This document shows, in pieces, positions 47,880-58,000 of a stretch of DNA of 64,000 nt. The DNA comes from Coleofasciculus chthonoplastes F2-STO-03 (lineage in GTDB: Bacteria > Cyanobacteriota > Cyanobacteriia > Cyanobacteriales > Coleofasciculaceae). Below the pieces are notes generated by a model. It ran no database searches and had not been told where the DNA came from. It saw only the letters and a program-made list of their open reading frames with translations. The stretch is taken from NCBI GenBank assembly GCA_040222015.1, contig JAVJWO010000046.1, forward strand, positions 34,424 to 98,423, given 5' to 3'. Position 1 is the stretch's first letter. Every line of letters starts with the position of its first letter. A program made the translations under genes and the position numbers.

Positions 47880-49259
47880 GTGGAAATGTCCCCCGAACAG
47901 CTCTGGATACAGGTATTGGAGCGTTTACAACTCCAACTCAGCCGACCCACCTTTGAAACCTGGCTCAAGGGAACAACCGCTCAGCAGCTCGACCAGAATT
48001 GCTTAGTGGTTTGTACCCCCAATCCCTTTGCCAGGAATTGGTTGCAAAAGTATTACATCAAAACAATCACTGATGTGGTGCGGGAGATCCTGGGACAACC
48101 GGTGGACATTTACCTTACCGTGATCACTGACAACGACAACGCGACAATTAGCGATACAGGTATTTCCTGGTCGGTTCCGGTTGCCACCAACCCCGATACC
48201 GAACGTCCATCTCATCAACTCCCTAAACCCACAGAGTTAAATCAGAAGTACATGTTTTCTCGCTTCGTGGTTGGTTCAAATAATCGTATGGCTCATGCGG
48301 CGGCTTTGGCTGTATCCGAATCCCCGGGGCGGGAATTTAATCCCCTGTTTTTGTGTGGGGGCGTTGGTTTGGGGAAAACTCACTTGATGCAAGCGATCGC
48401 GCATTTCCGGTTGGAGAATTCTCCTAGTTCTAAGATCTTCTATGTGTCTACCGAACACTTTACCAATGACCTGATTGCCGCCATCCGCAAAGATAGTATG
48501 CAAAGTTTTCGGGAACACTATCGAGCGGCTGAGGTGCTGTTGATTGATGATATTCAGTTTATCGAAGGAAAAGAATATACTCAGGAAGAATTTTTTCATA
48601 CGTTCAATACCTTACACGAAGCGGGTAAACAAATCGTCTTGGCATCCGATCGCCCGCCGCATCAGATTAGCCGCTTGCAAGAACGGCTATGTTCTCGCTT
48701 TTCAATGGGGTTAATCGCCGATATTCAGCCGCCTGACTTGGAAACCCGGATGGCAATTTTGCAAAAAAAGGCAGAGTATGAAAACATCCGGTTGCCGCGA
48801 TCGGTGGTCGAGTATATTGCGACTCAATATAAATCGAATATTCGGGAACTCGAAGGGGCATTAATTCGAGTCGTCGCCTATATCTCGATTTCGGGAGTAC
48901 CGATGAGTGTCGAGAACATTGCACCAATTTTGAATCCGCGAACCCCAACCGTACAAGCTGCGCCGGAAATCATTTTGACAACCGTTGCCGATGCCTTTAA
49001 CGTTTCGCTTGAAGACTTGAAAGGAAACTCCCGCCGCCGAGAAATTAGTTGGTCTCGGCAAATTGCCATGTATCTGATGCGGCAGCATACGGACTTGAGC
49101 TTACCCCGAATTGGTGAAGAATTTGGCGGTAAAGACCATACCACGGTTATGTATAGCTGCGATAAGATTACTCAATTACGAGAACGCGATCCCAGCGTGG
49201 CACAGAAACTGAGTCAATTGAGCGATCGCATTAATTTGGCAAGTCAAACTCAAAGCTAA
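47880..49259 (+). CDS. dnaA: Chromosomal replication initiator DnaA
   Basis: [37 protein letters not shown]. Confidence 0.98.
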   Translation: MEMSPEQLWIQVLERLQLQLSRPTFETWLKGTTAQQLDQNCLVVCTPNPFARNWLQKYYIKTITDVVREILGQPVDIYLTVITDNDNATISDTGISWSVPVATNPDTERPSHQLPKPTELNQKYMFSRFVVGSNNRMAHAAALAVSESPGREFNPLFLCGGVGLGKTHLMQAIAHFRLENSPSSKIFYVSTEHFTNDLIAAIRKDSMQSFREHYRAAEVLLIDDIQFIEGKEYTQEEFFHTFNTLHEAGKQIVLASDRPPHQISRLQERLCSRFSMGLIADIQPPDLETRMAILQKKAEYENIRLPRSVVEYIATQYKSNIRELEGALIRVVAYISISGVPMSVENIAPILNPRTPTVQAAPEIILTTVADAFNVSLEDLKGNSRRREISWSRQIAMYLMRQHTDLSLPRIGEEFGGKDHTTVMYSCDKITQLRERDPSVAQKLSQLSDRINLASQTQS

Positions 49260-49387
49260 GCTTAAAGGGAACAGGGAATGGGGAACAGGAAACTGTGCAG
49301 GTAGAGTGTAGGGTGTAGGGGCGGGTTGGACAGATAACATTTTGCGCCTTTCGGTGAAACTCGACTAAACCCGCCCTTGGCAGAAAA

Positions 49388-49494
49388 ATTCCCGCAATTT
49401 TCCACAACCTTTTCCACAAGGACTCCATTCCTAAAACACGAAGAATTCAGGAATTGACAATCATCTGAGTCTAGTTTTTCCACAGTTTCCCCAA
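49388..49494. promoter_or_regulatory. oriC: oriC region with DnaA boxes
   Basis: TTTTCCACA at 49398, 49410 and 49476 plus degenerate boxes, between dnaA and dnaN. Confidence 0.8.
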
Positions 49495-49630
49495 GGTCTG
49501 AATTCCATGCTAGAGTTGCCTCTGGATAGATGAGAGAGCCACGATTGTGCCTCATGTAGAGTCCAACTCATATCTCCCTGACTCTCCTTGACGAGAATTC
49601 TAGCTGTGCCAAACATTGACAATTCCTTCT

Positions 49631-50833
49631 ATGAAACTAACTTGTACCCAAAGTGAACTCAATACCAATCTTTCTCTCGTAAGTCGGGCGGTTCCCTCAC
49701 GTCCCACCCATCCGGTACTAGGTAATGTGTTACTCCAAGCCGATGCGAAAAATCAGCGAGTGAGTTTAACCGCCTTCGACTTGAGTCTAGGTCTGCAAAC
49801 CAGTTTCAACGCCAACGTCGAAGCGGATGGTGCGATCGCGATTCCGGCTAAACTGTTCAATGACATTGTTTCCCGTTTGCCAGAGGGAGACATTACTCTC
49901 GAAGACTCCCTCTCCGAAGCGGAGAGTGATGCGGACACCGAAAGCCTATCGATCACCTTAACCTCGACATCGGGACAATACAAAATGCGAGGAATGAACT
50001 CAGAGGACTTTCCCGAACTCCCTCAAATCGAAGATGGAATGGTGGTTAAACTCCCGGTTGAAGCCTTAATTGAAGGATTGGGCGGATCATTATTTGCCAC
50101 CAGTGCCGATGAAACGAAACAGGTGCTGACCGGGGTGCATCTGATGGTACAAGAAGATAGTCTCGAATTTGCCGCGACTGATGGTCACCGACTAGCGGTT
50201 GTGGAAACTCTTAACGCTAAACCAACCAGTGAGGAAAGCCAAGAGGATGAAGAGAAACCCGCCTCTGAAGATACCATATCGTCCTTTGAGCTAACCGTAC
50301 CCGCTAGAACCTTAAGGGAACTTGAACGGATGTTAGGACTCTCTGAATCAAGCGATACCGTCGCCTTGCAGTTTGAGGTGGGTCAAATTATCTTCCAAGG
50401 GGGTAATCATCGCTTGACCAGTCGGACGTTAGAGGGACAATATCCCGCTTACCGCCAACTCATCCCCGGTCAGTTTCAGCGCCAGGTGGCTATTCCTCGG
50501 CGTCAATTACTGAGTGCGGTTGAGCGAATTGCAGTTTTGGCTGATCAGAAGAATAATATCGTCAAGTTTGATATTGATGCCCAGGCGCAAACCATTGATC
50601 TGACCGTGGAAACTCAAGATGTTGGCAGTGCGAGAGAGTCCCTATCAGCACAAGTTACGGGTGAAAGTATTGAGATTGCCTTTAATGTGAAGTACTTAAT
50701 TGATGGCTTGAAGGCGCTGTCTACGTCAGATATTCAGCTCCAAATGAATGCGGCGAATACTCCAGTGATTCTCACACCTCTGGGTGGCTTAAAAATGACC
50801 TACCTGATTATGCCTGTGCAAATCCGGGATTGA
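49631..50833 (+). CDS. dnaN: DNA polymerase III beta clamp
   Basis: RPTHPVL, ATDGHRLA, GQYPAY, AFNVKYL, LIMPV. Confidence 0.97.
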   Translation: MKLTCTQSELNTNLSLVSRAVPSRPTHPVLGNVLLQADAKNQRVSLTAFDLSLGLQTSFNANVEADGAIAIPAKLFNDIVSRLPEGDITLEDSLSEAESDADTESLSITLTSTSGQYKMRGMNSEDFPELPQIEDGMVVKLPVEALIEGLGGSLFATSADETKQVLTGVHLMVQEDSLEFAATDGHRLAVVETLNAKPTSEESQEDEEKPASEDTISSFELTVPARTLRELERMLGLSESSDTVALQFEVGQIIFQGGNHRLTSRTLEGQYPAYRQLIPGQFQRQVAIPRRQLLSAVERIAVLADQKNNIVKFDIDAQAQTIDLTVETQDVGSARESLSAQVTGESIEIAFNVKYLIDGLKALSTSDIQLQMNAANTPVILTPLGGLKMTYLIMPVQIRD

Positions 50834-51585
50834 GGTTTTTGTCTAGGGTTCATTGTTCATAGTTCATTGGTTCTTACTCTGTAGTTGCCTTGGACGATGA
50901 ACGATGAGCTGGGCATGGCAAGCTATTTCTCATTTTAGTCATAAAACTCTACATTATTAATTTATATTTCTTTGGCAGAAACAATTATTGTCGTCTTCTA
51001 ACCTCAAACACAACGTTACCTAAAAAGCATCGATTAATTCTCTTTATCCAATTTTCATTACTTTTATTTATCTTTTTGAAACCCTTCTTGATATCTGCTA
51101 TTATCTATAAGCGGATTTTACCTTTTAACAGGTGCTATGGAATAGTGGAGTCAGCAAATGGTAAAAACCGACACGATTCTTTTATTGTAGTCCATTATAC
51201 AGTTATCTAGCCAACCTAAAGTAAAGGATGAGTAAAAAAACAAGGCTGACAAATATGCCCAGCAAAGATTATTATTTGAAAAATGATTTATACACGCTAT
51301 ATCTTGCCATCAATAATTTTTTACCAACTTGAATCTGTCTTTGGGGTGCAATAGACAGACCCTTATAAGCCAGACAAGCGGCAATCAGGGTTCAATTTAA
51401 ACATTTGCCGGACTTTTATATAAACTTTACAAAGTCTTCATTGTCCATTTACAAAGTCTTCATCATTACTTAACTTAATACTCCTGTCTCATTTTCAAAT
51501 TCTTGATAACTGTAATGTAAACAGCAAGTTAAGCCAGCCAGGGTTCATAAGCGTGCTTACCTTCCCAATAGTCAATGATTAATCT

Positions 51586-53424
51586 GTGATGCAACCCGTA
51601 ATCGATAAACAAGTTATCGTATCTGACCATGTGGTGACCATGGTGTTCACAGACCTAGTTAGTTCCACAGCGGTCAAAAAATATTTAAAGGGAAATGACA
51701 TCACTACCCGCAATCGCCTCTACTTTGACACGATTCTCAAACCCCATCGCCAGCGTGTTGAAGCGAATTTAGTGGCTTACGGAGGGCGTGTAGTCAAGAC
51801 CGAAGGTGACGCTTACTTTGTGGTTTTCGCCAATGCATCTCAAGCAGCTCAGTGGGCGGTGGCGCTGCAAATTAGTCACACCTGTGAACCCATTGACACC
51901 CCCCTGGGTCCGTTACAAGTCAGAATTGGCATGCACACCGGGAGTCCCTTACCCGACGGTGATGATTTTATTGGCGAGGAAGTTGACTACGCGGCTCGGG
52001 TGTCCTCACTTGCCCATGGGGGACAAATTCTGCTGTCGGAAGTGACAACAGACTTGATTCACGATGCGGGAATTACAGACTTAACCATTATCTCCCGTGG
52101 CAATCACTACTTAAAGGGTATCGGCAAAGCGCCGATTTTTGAACTGCTCTATCTCAAAAAACAGCAACGACAGCCTAAAAAACTCCGATCTTGGAAATCT
52201 CGGGGTCTTCAACTGTTGGCAAGTATAACCGGTGTCGGCGTGGCAATGGGTGTTGGTTTGACAGGTATGCTACAGCCTTTGGAACTGAAGGCGTTTGACC
52301 ACTTGATGCAAATCCGTCCTCAACAGGAAAGTCCTGACCCACGCCTGCTGATAATTACCATTACAGGGGGTGATGTTCAAGCTCAATCCTCTGCCCAACG
52401 GCAAGGGTTATCCTTGTCGAATGCTAAACTGGCTCAACTCCTGGAAAAATTAGCCCAATACCAACCACGAGTCATTGGCTTAGACCTCTATCGCGATTTT
52501 CCAGTAGAACCTCAGTATCGTGATTTAGCGAATCGTTTACGCCAAGACAAGCGTTTAATAACCGTCTGTAAGGTGGGAGATACAACTGATAATCCGGGTA
52601 TTTCGCCTCCTCCAGATATTCCTCCAGACTCTTTACCCGAACGAGTTGGGTTTAGTGATGTCATTTTAGACCCAGATGGCGTTGTGCGTCGTCATCTTCT
52701 GGGTTTAGCGCCTCCTGACCAATCTGAATGTCAAATCAGTAACTCTCTGAGTCTAGTTATGGCTTTGCGTTACTTAGAAGAGGAGGGCATTACGGCTGAG
52801 TTGACTGCCAATAATGATTTGCAGATTGGTCAGGTTGTTTTCCCAACCCTAAAAAACAATAGTGGAGGGTATCAGAATATCGATGCTGGGGGTTATCAAA
52901 TGTTACTGAATTATCGGGCTACGAGTTCAGTAGAAATGATTGCGCGTACCTATACGTTAAAAGAGGTACTTGAGGAAAATAAATTAACGCCTGAATTGGT
53001 CAAAGACCGTATCGTTTTCATTGGTACCGTTGATAAAACCTTTCACGATATTCATGCCACGCCTTACAATCACAGCAACCGACCTGAGACGGCTGGGGTA
53101 TTTCTGCAAGCCCAGATGACGAGTCAAATTATCAGTGCGGTTAAGGATGAGCGACCTCTTTTGGTGTGGTGGCCCGAGTGGGCTGAATATGTTTGGATTG
53201 GGGCTTGGTCTGTTGTGGCGGGTTTAGTCAGTTGGCGTTTCCGTTCCCCTCTGTTGCTGGGCTTGGCAGTAGCTGGAATGCTAAGTGTTCTCTATGGCTG
53301 CTCTTATGTGATCTTTATCCAAGGAATTTGGGTGCCGATGATACCATCGGGTATTGCGATCGTTGTCACCAGTGGCATGGTTAGTGTGTATTTTGCCCAT
53401 CCTAGTTTAAAGTACTGGATCTGA
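51586..53424 (+). CDS. Class III adenylate/guanylate cyclase fused N-terminally to CHASE2
   Basis: FTDLVSST, VKTEGDA, RIGMHTG, VDYAARV, LKG; ELKAFD..IRP, IGLDLYRD, 3 TMs. Confidence 0.9.
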   Translation: MMQPVIDKQVIVSDHVVTMVFTDLVSSTAVKKYLKGNDITTRNRLYFDTILKPHRQRVEANLVAYGGRVVKTEGDAYFVVFANASQAAQWAVALQISHTCEPIDTPLGPLQVRIGMHTGSPLPDGDDFIGEEVDYAARVSSLAHGGQILLSEVTTDLIHDAGITDLTIISRGNHYLKGIGKAPIFELLYLKKQQRQPKKLRSWKSRGLQLLASITGVGVAMGVGLTGMLQPLELKAFDHLMQIRPQQESPDPRLLIITITGGDVQAQSSAQRQGLSLSNAKLAQLLEKLAQYQPRVIGLDLYRDFPVEPQYRDLANRLRQDKRLITVCKVGDTTDNPGISPPPDIPPDSLPERVGFSDVILDPDGVVRRHLLGLAPPDQSECQISNSLSLVMALRYLEEEGITAELTANNDLQIGQVVFPTLKNNSGGYQNIDAGGYQMLLNYRATSSVEMIARTYTLKEVLEENKLTPELVKDRIVFIGTVDKTFHDIHATPYNHSNRPETAGVFLQAQMTSQIISAVKDERPLLVWWPEWAEYVWIGAWSVVAGLVSWRFRSPLLLGLAVAGMLSVLYGCSYVIFIQGIWVPMIPSGIAIVVTSGMVSVYFAHPSLKYWI

Positions 53425-53587
53425 GACCCAGGTAAGCGACTTGAGGTGTAGGCAGGGTGTGGGGTGTGCGCGAGATGCCTAGTAAACTACCCCTGACTTA
53501 TATGTAGAGACGTGCCATGGCACGTCTCTACAATGGTGCCGAAAGTCCTAATCGATGTGTCTACTGCTATAAATGGAAACAATTAAA

Positions 53588-53661
53588 CGGGCTAGGAGGG
53601 ATTCGAACCCCCGACACCGTGGTCCGTAGCCACGTGCTCTAGTCCACTGAGCTACAAGCCC
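53588..53661 (-). tRNA. trnR: tRNA-Arg(ACG)
   Basis: GGGCTTGTAGCTCAGTGGACTAGAGCACGTGGCTACGGACCACGGTGTCGGGGGTTCGAATCCCTCCTAGCCCG. Confidence 0.97.
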
Positions 53662-53713
53662 TAGCTGTGAGTTATTCACTCACCGATTACTTACAATATC
53701 ATATCTTTATCCA

Positions 53714-54214
53714 ATGATGCAAGACTCTTCTCAAAAATCATCCCTCAGCCATCTAAATTCTCAGGGTCAAGCCCAAATGGTCGATGTTTCTAGCAAACCC
53801 GCTACCCGTCGCCAAGCTGTCGCAGCGGCTCAAGTGCGGATGCAAACGGCGACATTCCAAGCGATTGAAACAGGCAATGCGCCCAAAGGAGATGTTTTAG
53901 CCACCGCCCGACTAGCTGGAATTATGGCAGCCAAGCAGACGGCAAACCTGATCCCGTTGTGTCATCCCTTACCTTTACACCAAGTCGAGATACAAATCCA
54001 ACCGGATGCTCAATTACCGGGGTATCAGATTCAGGCATCGGTGACAACAAAAGCCGAAACCGGGGTGGAAATGGAAGCGTTGACAGCCGTTTCCGTTGCC
54101 GCCCTGACGCTGTACGATATGGCAAAAGCTTTGGAGAAATCCATTCAAATTGAATCCATCCGCCTGTTGAGTAAGACGGGTGGCAAATCCGGCGAGTATC
54201 AATCCCCCAGTTGA
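53714..54214 (+). CDS. moaC: Cyclic pyranopterin monophosphate synthase
   Basis: [34 protein letters not shown]. Confidence 0.97.
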   Translation: MMQDSSQKSSLSHLNSQGQAQMVDVSSKPATRRQAVAAAQVRMQTATFQAIETGNAPKGDVLATARLAGIMAAKQTANLIPLCHPLPLHQVEIQIQPDAQLPGYQIQASVTTKAETGVEMEALTAVSVAALTLYDMAKALEKSIQIESIRLLSKTGGKSGEYQSPS

Positions 54215-54262
54215 GCGAAATCCCCCAGTTAAGCGATCGGATCAGCTCTAAATGTAATTTCT

Positions 54263-54324
54263 GCTCCCCCAGCTCCCCCAGCTCCCCCAGCTCCCCCAGC
54301 TCCCTCTGCTCCCTCTGCTCCCCC
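54263..54324. repeat. 9-bp tandem repeat (GCTCCC[C/T]C[A/T])
   Basis: Direct reading, about 7 copies. Confidence 0.85.
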
Positions 54325-54486
54325 CTATCCTCTACGTCTATTGGCGTAGGTAATTTCCGTATATTTACGGATGTCTATCATCCTCGCCTGCATTTACAGT
54401 AAAGTTTGGTTCGCTAGGTTGACTGAGTAGATTAGCCAAAACGGGCATTCTACTTTTTATATTTTGTAGCAGGAGGTTAGTCATCA

Positions 54487-54699
54487 ATGATTTACTGTAT
54501 AGGTATTATTTACGTAACAATGGCAACTCATTTGTTTATAAGTTGGTTGAAGTTGGCTGATGACATGAGGAATTTATCTGAGCAACAAAAAGTCCTCTCA
54601 TGGATCACGCTGATTGTTGCGGCTGTATTTTGGCCCCTAGTAATCCCTATTGCTTACACAAAGCTTGTGAAAGCTCAAACCTCTAAAAGACTAATTTGA
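54487..54699 (+). CDS. Small membrane protein
   Basis: AGGAGG RBS; two hydrophobic segments; FWPLVIPIAY. Confidence 0.75.
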   Translation: MIYCIGIIYVTMATHLFISWLKLADDMRNLSEQQKVLSWITLIVAAVFWPLVIPIAYTKLVKAQTSKRLI

Positions 54700-54770
54700 A
54701 CAAAGTCATATCCTAGAGAATTGACCCAAGTGGGTGGGTTTAAAAAATTTTAATCACCGGATAGAGTAAC

Positions 54771-54894
54771 TAAGTAGGTTGGTGGAAATAAACTTAACTA
54801 GATTAAGTTATGTAAACAAGCCTCAAACCCTTACTGTTCCCTGTTCCCTGTTCCCTAATCTCCACCGCTAACTTTAATTGTGTCCACCTACTTA
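54771..54894. mobile_element. MITE with TAAGTAGGT terminal inverted repeats (copy 1)
   Basis: taagtaggt...acctactta; near-identical scaffold at 63309. Confidence 0.8.
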
Positions 54895-54939
54895 TCAAAT
54901 TTAGATAGTATGGCTTCAGCCCAGGGGAACACAGACAGG

Positions 54940-55042
54940 TAAGCTGTCATGCATTTAAATTGGGTATTAGTAGCGAGCAAGATGCTCGCACTACCATCCT
55001 TTCGCCATTATTGATATTAACGTTTAAATGCCGAACAGCTTA
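54940..55042. mobile_element. MITE with TAAGCTGT terminal inverted repeats enclosing a REP hairpin
   Basis: taagctgt..gcatttaaa ... tttaaatgc..acagctta; internal gtagcgagcaagatgctcgcactac. Confidence 0.75.
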
Positions 55043-55072
55043 GGAGTTGGTTTCACTTACTTGAGATAACAA

Positions 55073-58000
55073 CTAAACTGTGATGAAATTCGCGGATGTA
55101 AGTGTTGTGGTATCAAACCAACTCAGAACCCCTAGGGTTTGATTTCCTACCAAAATCTCTTCCCCAGAGAATGTCAATTGATCAAACATTAATCCTCCAC
55201 TTAAGCCAATTTTATCCCCTTGACCGATATTAAAATCAGTAATCATATCGATACTTCCATCCATCGCCAACACAAAGGTATCGGCACCGAAACCACCGTT
55301 GAGAATATCATCACCTAAACCGCCATTGAGGATATCCTCGCCAAAGGAACCATCGATTTGATCCCAACCATCTAAGCCGTTGATGCGATCATTTCCGGCG
55401 CTACCAATTAAGAAGTCATCGTTATCTGTACCGTCGATATTTTGCCCCACAGCCACGGTGACGGTAGCGGTATTGGTAAGACTACCATCACTGAGAGTAT
55501 AGGTGAAGCTACCATTGCCACTAAAGCCCTGGTTGGGGGTAAAGATGATCAAATCATCGGTGGTATCATTGGGTGTATTGTTATCATCAAATACCGCTGT
55601 ACCATTGGTTTCATTGCTAACCCCGGTAATAGTCAGAGAGGATTTAGCACTGTCAATATCTCGGTCATTTCTCAGTAGGGTACTGGTTTGAATCGTGACA
55701 GGAGTATCTTGGGCAGTGGTGGTGCGATCGCGTGTTCCGATTGGGTTATCATTGACTCCTGTAACGGTAATCGTGATATCGGCGGTGACACCATCTAAGG
55801 CGCTAACCGTAAAGGTTTCGGTTTGGGTTTCGGCTTCACCGAGATATTGCACGGCACTGTTATCCACACTGTAGGTGAAGCTGCCAGTATCGGTGATGGT
55901 TAAACTGCCGAGATTACCGGGTGCTGAAGTTACCGTGGTAGTGAATTTATCTTCGCCAGTGTCGGTATCGGTGACAGTTAAAGAACCGGTTGCGGTTAAG
56001 CTGGGGGTGCTACTATCTTCAATAACCGAGGCTTCCGCAATACCCGTAATTACCGCCTGGTTATTTACCCCAGTTACGGTAATCGTGGCGGTGGCGCTAC
56101 TGGTTTCCCCTTTCTCATCGCTGATGGTATAAGTAAAGCTATCGGTGGCTGTTTGATTGACGCCGAGGGAGGCAAATTGACCATTGGGATTATAGGTATA
56201 ACTGCCATCACTATTTAAGGTTAATAGTGCGCCACTGGTTAGGGTAATCTCGTTGCCAATATCAGTCTCATTACCATTAATGTCTACAACTGTCAAGCTG
56301 GCTGTGGCATCAGCATCACTATCATTGGTTAAAACATTGCCAGTCAGGGCAGTATTTTCATCGGTGGTGGGATTGTCATCTGTGGCGGTGGGTGTATCGT
56401 TGACGCCGGTAATCGTAATCGTGATATCTTCCGAGGCGGTGCCATCGAGGGAAGTAACGGTGAAGATTTCGGTTTGGGTTTCGGCTTCACCCAGATATTG
56501 TACGGCGCTATTCTCCACACTATAGGTGAAGCTGCCCGTATCGGTAATGGTTAAATTGCCCAGATTACTGGGTGTCGAAGTGACAGTGGTACTGAATTTA
56601 TCTTCATCGCTATCGGTATCGGTGATACTGAGGGAACCGGTTGCGGTTAAGGTGGGAGTATTACTATCTTCGGTAACCGCCCCTGCAGCGATACCTGCAA
56701 TTGTGGCAGGATTGTTAATACCTGTAACTTCAATCGTGGCGATGGCATGACTGATACCGCCATTCCCGTCACTAACTGTATAAGCAAAGCCGTCTATTTC
56801 AGTTTGATTTGCACCCAGGAATTCAAATTGATTGTTGGGATTGTAGGTGAATGTGCCATCGGTGTTGAGGGTGAGTAATGCACCGGAAAACAGTGTCACG
56901 GGTTTGCCGACTGCCCTGGGTGTACCATTAAGTTTGGCGATGGTGAGGATATCGCTATTGTCGATATCGGTATCATTGGTGAGAACATTCCCGGTGATAG
57001 CAGTATCTTCGTCTGTGGTGGGAGTGTCATCAGTGGCGGTGGGATTATCGTTGGCGCCAGTAATCGTAATGGTGATATCTTCCGAGGCGGTGCCATCCAG
57101 GGAAGTAACGGTAAAGGTTTCGGTTTGGGTTTCTGTGGCGCTGAGATACTGAACGGCACTATTATCCACAGTGTAGTTGAATGTTCCCGTATCGGTAATG
57201 GTGAAACTGCCGAGATTATTAGGTGCAGCCGTTACCGTGGTGTTGAATAAATTTTCTCCGGCATCGATATCATCCACAGTGAGGGAACCACTGGTGGTAA
57301 GTATGGAGTTGCTGCTATCTTCGTTGACGGATGCCGTGGTGGTACCGGTAATTGTGGCGGGATTGTTTACCCCTGTATTTATCCCGGTAATCGTGACAAT
57401 GATATCTTGACTGGCGCTGCCATCCAGGGAGGTAACGGTAAAGGTTTCGGTTTGGGTTTGTTGGGTGCCGAGATAGGCAATGTCACTATTAGCAACAGTG
57501 TAGGTGAAGGTGCCGGTATCGGTAAGGGTTAAGTTGCCTAGATTCCCAGTTTGGGAAGTGACGGCGGTGTTAAATTTAGTCTCTCCGGTATCGGTATCGG
57601 TGACAGAGAGGGAACCGGTGGCGGTGAGGGTTGATAAGGTTTCACTTTCGGTGAGGGCGGCGGTGTTTGTGCCTGTAATCGTGGCGGTATCGTTAATTCC
57701 GTTAATTGTGACGACAATGGTTTGGCTGGCACTCCCATCAATGGATTCAACGGTGAAGCGATCGAGTTGGGTTTGCCCTGCACCGAGATATTGTACGCTG
57801 CTGTTGGCGACGGTGTAGGTAAAGCTGCCCGTTTCGGTAATGGTTAAGGTGCCGAGATTACCGACTGTGGGTGTGACGGTGGTGTTAAATTTGTCTTCAC
57901 CGCTATCCGGATCAGTAACAGTTAAGGAACCCGTGGCGGTGAGGGTGGGACTAGTGGCGTCTTCGGTAACCGAGGCGGTAGGATTGCCAGTGATAACGGC

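Noticed and set aside
49231..49555. Minus-strand ORFs between dnaA and dnaN
   Set aside because: Overlap DnaA boxes and REP repeats
51586..53661. Genomic island at tRNA-Arg
   Set aside because: No integrase or tRNA 3' duplication seen
54211..54402. 63-aa ORF after moaC
   Set aside because: Made of a 9-bp tandem repeat (SPS/SLC); no coding signal
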